A DNA stretch of 29,987 nucleotides from a virus (Duplodnaviria; Caudoviricetes): IMG/VR virus record IMGVR_UViG_3300037045_000291, positions 1-29,987 of that record, one strand, 5' to 3'. The number at the start of each line of letters is the position of its first letter. The first letter of the stretch is position 1. The translations under genes were made by a program, and so were the position numbers. The notes below the pieces were generated by a model. That model was not told the DNA's origin, ran no database searches, and saw nothing but the letters and a program-made list of their open reading frames with translations. Positions 26,241-29,987 of the stretch are shown here, piece by piece.

Positions 26241-28076
26241 ATGAGAAAACCTATTCTGTATCAGTTTTATTTAATTGTCGCAATTCTCCTATGTAGTTGT
26301 GAACAAGAAGTTGACCTTGCCCGATTACCCGTAGTAAGTACAACAGTAGTTTCATCAGTAACTTACTATTCAGCTCAAAGTGGTGGTGTAATTACCGCTG
26401 ATGGTGGATATGACGTAATAGCACGTGGAGTCTGTTGGAGTACCTCACCAAATCCTGACATAAAAGATTCAAAGACAGTTGATGCTGCCGGAACTGGAAC
26501 ATTTGAAAGCTCAATAGAAAACCTATTGCCAGGTACTACTTATTATTTGAGAGCTTATGCGACCAACAAAAAGGGAACATCTTACGGGTTGCAGGAAACA
26601 TTCACAACAATGGCTTTGTCGTTATCCGAAATCACCACTTCACCTGTAACATCAATAACTACTACTTCAGCCGTTACAGGAGGTGCAATTTCAATAGATG
26701 GAGGGACATCCATAACTGCACGTGGAGTGTGTTGGAGTACTTCATCAAATCCTACCATAAATGATAGTATTACTGTTGATGGGGTAGGTGCTGGAAATTT
26801 TATTAGCACACTTTCAGGATTAAAAACGGGCACTACATATTATGTAAAAGCATATTCAACAAACTCTAAAGGCACATCGTACGGCGATGAAGTGCAATTT
26901 AAAACACTATCATCAATACCGGAAGTAATAACAGCTACCATTAATTCCATAACAACTTCATCGGCAATATCAGGAGGTGAAATATTACACGACGGTGGTG
27001 AAACAGTTATTGCAAGAGGAGTTTGTTGGGGTACCTCACCAATTCCTACAACAAATAATAGTAAAACTATAACCGGATCAGGTAAAGGAAGTTTTTCAAG
27101 CATACTTTCAAATTTAAAATCCGGAACTCAATACTACATTAGGGCTTATGCAACTAATTCAATTGGAACAGCATACGGGAATGAATTAACCTTTAGTTCA
27201 TCAATAAGCTTGCCCGAACTTACTACAATTGAAATTTCAGATTTGTCATCAAGCATGGCTAAATCCGGCGGAATTATTACTCATGATGGTGGAGCTGAGA
27301 TTACTTCAAGAGGTGTGTGTTGGAGTATTACACCAAATCCAACCATAAATGATAATGTTACTGTTGATGGGGCTGGTACTGGTAATTTTTTCAGCACACT
27401 TTCCAATTTAATAGCCGGAACTAAATACTACCTTAGGGCTTATGCTTCGAATTCAGTTGGTGTTTCATACGGCAATGAAATTAAATTCTATATAATAAAT
27501 CCGGGAGAGGTTTATAATCCTATCACAGAAAGAATTTGGATGGACAGAAACCTTGGTGCAGGCCGTGTTGCAATATCGAGTACTGATGATCTGGCCTATG
27601 GCGATTTATATCAGTGGGGACGAAATTCGGATGGACATGAGAAGCGCACTTCTCTAACGACTACTATTGAAAGTATTAGTGATACTCCCGCTCATGGTAA
27701 TTTTATCATCGTAAAAAGTGGAAATTTAGACTGGCGCAGTCCTCAAAACAATTACCTGTGGAGTAAAATATATAAAATTAACAACCCTTGTCCTGAAGGA
27801 TTCCGCATACCCACAGCAGATGAATGGGAAGCAGAACGCACAAGCTGGATTAGTAATAATGCGATTGGAGCTTATGATTCTCCACTGAAATTGCCCTTGG
27901 CGGGCTATCGCTTCTACGGCACTGGTTCGCTTTTCAGCTTCGGCACTTATGGTTACTATTGGTCAAGTACAGTTCATGGTACATACGCTAAGCACCTGTA
28001 CTTTTACAGTGGCGATGCTTTCATAAACACTCTCAGCCGTTCGTACGGTTTTTGCGTTCGGTGTATAAAAGATTAG
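26241..28076 (+). CDS. Lipoprotein with four FN3-like repeats and a C-terminal Fibrobacter succinogenes major paralogous (FISUMP, C-type-lectin-like) domain
   Basis: Signal peptide II (VAILLCS-C20) followed by EQEVD; four ~97-aa repeats; WMDRNLGA…GDLYQWGR…PCPEGFRIPTADEW…YWSST…VRCIKD. Confidence 0.9.
   Translation: MRKPILYQFYLIVAILLCSCEQEVDLARLPVVSTTVVSSVTYYSAQSGGVITADGGYDVIARGVCWSTSPNPDIKDSKTVDAAGTGTFESSIENLLPGTTYYLRAYATNKKGTSYGLQETFTTMALSLSEITTSPVTSITTTSAVTGGAISIDGGTSITARGVCWSTSSNPTINDSITVDGVGAGNFISTLSGLKTGTTYYVKAYSTNSKGTSYGDEVQFKTLSSIPEVITATINSITTSSAISGGEILHDGGETVIARGVCWGTSPIPTTNNSKTITGSGKGSFSSILSNLKSGTQYYIRAYATNSIGTAYGNELTFSSSISLPELTTIEISDLSSSMAKSGGIITHDGGAEITSRGVCWSITPNPTINDNVTVDGAGTGNFFSTLSNLIAGTKYYLRAYASNSVGVSYGNEIKFYIINPGEVYNPITERIWMDRNLGAGRVAISSTDDLAYGDLYQWGRNSDGHEKRTSLTTTIESISDTPAHGNFIIVKSGNLDWRSPQNNYLWSKIYKINNPCPEGFRIPTADEWEAERTSWISNNAIGAYDSPLKLPLAGYRFYGTGSLFSFGTYGYYWSSTVHGTYAKHLYFYSGDAFINTLSRSYGFCVRCIKD
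26325..27488 (+). repeat. Four tandem intragenic FN3-like repeats (~291 nt each)
   Basis: Each copy reads GG.I..DGG......RGVCW…P…G.G.F.S…L..GT.YY..AY..N..G..YG…F; the DNA copies are diverged. Confidence 0.9.
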
Positions 28077-28192
28077 GTTTGTACTGATTAAGATTTGCGG
28101 CAAATTGGCTCCCACTTACAAAAGGCATCAGCAACAAAAGGATGTTGGGCCACCTCTCAATCTTTGTTCGGATCTAAACATGATAGTATTAC

Positions 28193-28230
28193 AAAAAAAA
28201 CCGGAACATCACTGCTCCGGTTTTCTCTTT
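28193..28230. terminator. Bidirectional intrinsic terminator between the convergent lipoprotein genes
   Basis: A8-CCGGA-N10-TCCGG-TTTTCTCTTT, giving T runs after the stem on both strands. Confidence 0.7.
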
Positions 28231-28796
28231 TACTGCAATCCTTGTGCTTTCAACTCCCGATATTCTGCCCCTGTTATCGGCCTAAACTTAAAAGCATTGT
28301 AGAATAAGTTATACACTTCATCATAATCCTGTGCATCAAAAGCCTGTCGGATTTTTTGTTCTGCTTCTCGTAATACAGAATTTGGGATGTACGCAATCGT
28401 ATCAATATCATTGTTTGTTCTAAACACTTCAATCACCATATCATACGCTTCAAGAAAATCCGGAATAAAATACCCATCAGGATGTAAAATATCAGTAGCA
28501 TATCTTAATAATGCCGGTTCCTCGGAAATGGTATCTTTCCCTGCAAAACCAATTGCTGCACCTAATCCTGTGGTAGCATTAAGTGCCGCGTTGTAGCATC
28601 GTACATTAGTTGCCCGTTTTACAATTTCCAAAGGAGTGAGATGTTCCGGATTCTCTGAAATTCTTTGTGAACCTACATTTAGTGCTTTCTTCTCTCCTTT
28701 AATCTTCAACATTGTTGTTGGATCTAAATAGAATGCTTTCTCCTGCTCACATGATACGAGCGTACAAATCAATAAAATAAATAAAAACCTTTTCAT
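28230..28796 (-). CDS. Hypothetical lipoprotein (188 aa), moron on the opposite strand
   Basis: Likely start ATG 28796: MKRFLFILLICTLVS-C-EQEK is a typical Bacteroidota signal peptide II; has its own promoter. Confidence 0.85.
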   Translation of the reverse strand: MKRFLFILLICTLVSCEQEKAFYLDPTTMLKIKGEKKALNVGSQRISENPEHLTPLEIVKRATNVRCYNAALNATTGLGAAIGFAGKDTISEEPALLRYATDILHPDGYFIPDFLEAYDMVIEVFRTNNDIDTIAYIPNSVLREAEQKIRQAFDAQDYDEVYNLFYNAFKFRPITGAEYRELKAQGLQ

Positions 28797-28822
28797 AACG
28801 ATAATAATTAGAAATACATTTG

Positions 28823-28854
28823 CAAATATAGCATATATTAGCATATATTACAAA
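28823..28854 (-). promoter_or_regulatory. Consensus Bacteroidota promoter for the minus-strand lipoprotein
   Basis: Minus strand reads TTTG (28854-28851), 20 nt, TATATTTG (28830-28823). Confidence 0.7.
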
Positions 28855-28866
28855 TAATTATTCGTT

Positions 28867-28904
28867 AAAGTGCTTATAAAGTAAGCATTTTATTGGTACA
28901 TTTG
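28867..28904 (+). promoter_or_regulatory. Late (lysis operon) promoter with palindromic operator
   Basis: AAAGTGCTTA-N5-TAAGCATTTT (28867-28891), then TACATTTG (28897-28904). Confidence 0.7.
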
Positions 28905-28922
28905 TCATAAATTTCTAATGGC

Positions 28923-29207
28923 ATGGTTAATCAAAGTGATAAGATTACTCCAAAGACCTGGATAGGCTGGGCGTTGACAATCATTTTGTCGATTATTGGT
29001 GCATGGACTTCCATGAGCTCTAGGGTTTATTCCACTGAAGCACAAATCAGACTCTTGGAATTACGAGTTTCAGCGGTCGAAAAGGGATATGATAAACAGC
29101 TTGACACAATGGTCAAGCTAAATGAACAGTATAACGAAATCAAACAGTCATTAATTCGGATTGAAGGTGTGCTAAACACCAAAGCAGATAAACAATACAG
29201 ACAATAG
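28923..29207 (+). CDS. Holin-like / lysis-associated protein (one TM plus coiled-coil)
   Basis: 94 aa with WIGWALTIILSIIGAW followed by a heptad-rich helix; first gene of the lysis cassette. Confidence 0.6.
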   Translation: MVNQSDKITPKTWIGWALTIILSIIGAWTSMSSRVYSTEAQIRLLELRVSAVEKGYDKQLDTMVKLNEQYNEIKQSLIRIEGVLNTKADKQYRQ

Positions 29208-29210
29208 GTT

Positions 29211-29576
29211 ATGATGAACATTGTGGAGTGGATTAAAGGTAAGCTAAAAAGCTATCCGGAACTGTATTCAATACCCATTGCTTTACTTGCATGGGTAGTA
29301 AGTATCGAGTTTTTAAGGGCATTAGATGAAACTGTTGGTATTTATGATTCCGGCATTTTTCAGATTCCAATCTTTTCAATCATTCTTCTTTTTGTGTTTT
29401 TGTCGGTTTCATGGCTGGCTATGGGATTACTTTTCGGTTCACTGAGAAGGTTTTTAAAGGATGAATTCAAAGAAGCATTTCAACAGTTTGATGTATGGGA
29501 AAAAACACTCTTATCCTATTTGGTATTTTTCTCGCTGGTTTTCTCTCTTGTAGCACTTTCGTTTGTGCTGACTTGA
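29211..29576 (+). CDS. Putative holin (three TM segments)
   Basis: 121 aa with three hydrophobic helices, directly upstream of and overlapping the endolysin; tandem ATG ATG start. Confidence 0.65.
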   Translation: MMNIVEWIKGKLKSYPELYSIPIALLAWVVSIEFLRALDETVGIYDSGIFQIPIFSIILLFVFLSVSWLAMGLLFGSLRRFLKDEFKEAFQQFDVWEKTLLSYLVFFSLVFSLVALSFVLT

Positions 29577-29987
29577 GAACTAGGGTAGTTGAAATATATA
29601 CCAGTGAAATAGGTGTCCGTGAAAAATCCGGCCAAAATGACGGTGAAAGGGTGGAAGAGTATCTACGTTTATGCGGATTGAAGAAAGGTCAGCCTTGGTG
29701 CGCTGCTTTCGTTACATGGGTTTATAAACAAGCAGGAGTTAATGCGATAACCAGTGCATATTCTCCTTCATGGTTTCCATCAAAAAAAGTGGTTTATACA
29801 CATGGCTCTAAAAACAATCTTATCCCGCATCAAGCAGATGTATTTGGTATCTATTTCTCTTCAAAAGGTCGGATTGCTCATGTTGGATTTATTGACAAAT
29901 GGAATGAGAGTGATTCATTCTGTATGACTGTTGAAGGTAATACCAATGAAGCAGGGAGTAGGGAAGGAGATGGAGTTTATCGTAAAA
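29495..29987 (+). CDS. CHAP-domain endolysin with N-terminal signal peptide (3' truncated by the window edge; absent from the ORF track)
   Basis: Hand translation from ATG 29495: MGKNTLILFGIFLAGFLSCSTFVCADLRTRVVEIYTSEIGVRE…QPWCAAFVTWV…IAHVGFI…TVEGNTN…, with catalytic Cys/His and the EGN motif. Confidence 0.9.
   Translation, partial: MGKNTLILFGIFLAGFLSCSTFVCADLRTRVVEIYTSEIGVREKSGQNDGERVEEYLRLCGLKKGQPWCAAFVTWVYKQAGVNAITSAYSPSWFPSKKVVYTHGSKNNLIPHQADVFGIYFSSKGRIAHVGFIDKWNESDSFCMTVEGNTNEAGSREGDGVYRK

Larger units (their letters stand above)
9596..29987 (+). mobile_element. Siphovirus-type (pro)phage morphogenesis and lysis module; the element probably extends over the whole window and beyond both edges
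   Basis: Canonical gene order (scaffold, capsid, neck, major tail, chaperone, tape measure, tail tip, fibre, holins, endolysin), tightly packed on the + strand except for one moron. Boundaries, integrase, terminase and portal are not in the window. Confidence 0.95.

Noticed and set aside
28106-28152. Imperfect stem-loop with two ACAAAAGG copies downstream of the lipoprotein gene, considered as an ncRNA or DGR template
   Set aside because: Pairing is irregular and the sequence does not resemble the variable region, so it is not a template repeat; no RNA family recognised.
9562-29221. Numerous 60-125 aa alternative-frame and antisense ORFs inside structural and moron genes
   Set aside because: They overlap well-supported genes and show no motifs or expression signals; none has a lipoprotein signal suggesting an embedded spanin.
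1-29987. CRISPR array, integrase or invertase, invertible repeats at the fibre gene, reverse transcriptase, introns or inteins
   Set aside because: None seen by eye: no regularly spaced repeats, no recombinase or RT motifs and no interrupted core genes.

Overview
The window holds part of a temperate siphovirus-type (pro)phage, inferred to infect a Bacteroidota host from its TAnnTTTG promoters, near-absence of Shine-Dalgarno sites, lipoprotein signal peptides and FISUMP-type domain. From left to right there are five blocks. (1) 369-6479 (-): an AT-rich accessory block with a YqaJ/lambda-exonuclease gene, a two-nuclease fusion (DUF559/Vsr-like plus PD-(D/E)XK) and a directly abutting Upf1/Dna2-like SF1B helicase, followed by two unknown genes; this is a candidate undescribed nuclease-helicase defence system. 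(2) 6807-9448 (+): eight small unknown genes behind a duplicated promoter cassette. (3) 9596-26184 (+): an apparently intact head-neck-tail module, with a non-canonical tRNA-like element after the major tail gene and a likely -1 frameshift in the tail chaperone. (4) 26241-28796: two convergent lipoprotein morons, one ending in a segment with the codon signature of a diversity-generating retroelement (DGR) variable region. (5) 28923 to the end (+): a lysis cassette whose signal-peptide CHAP endolysin was missed by the ORF track. The same palindromic operator precedes the head and lysis promoters. No integrase, terminase, portal, reverse transcriptase, att site or CRISPR array is visible. All family calls come from motif recognition by eye, not database searches.
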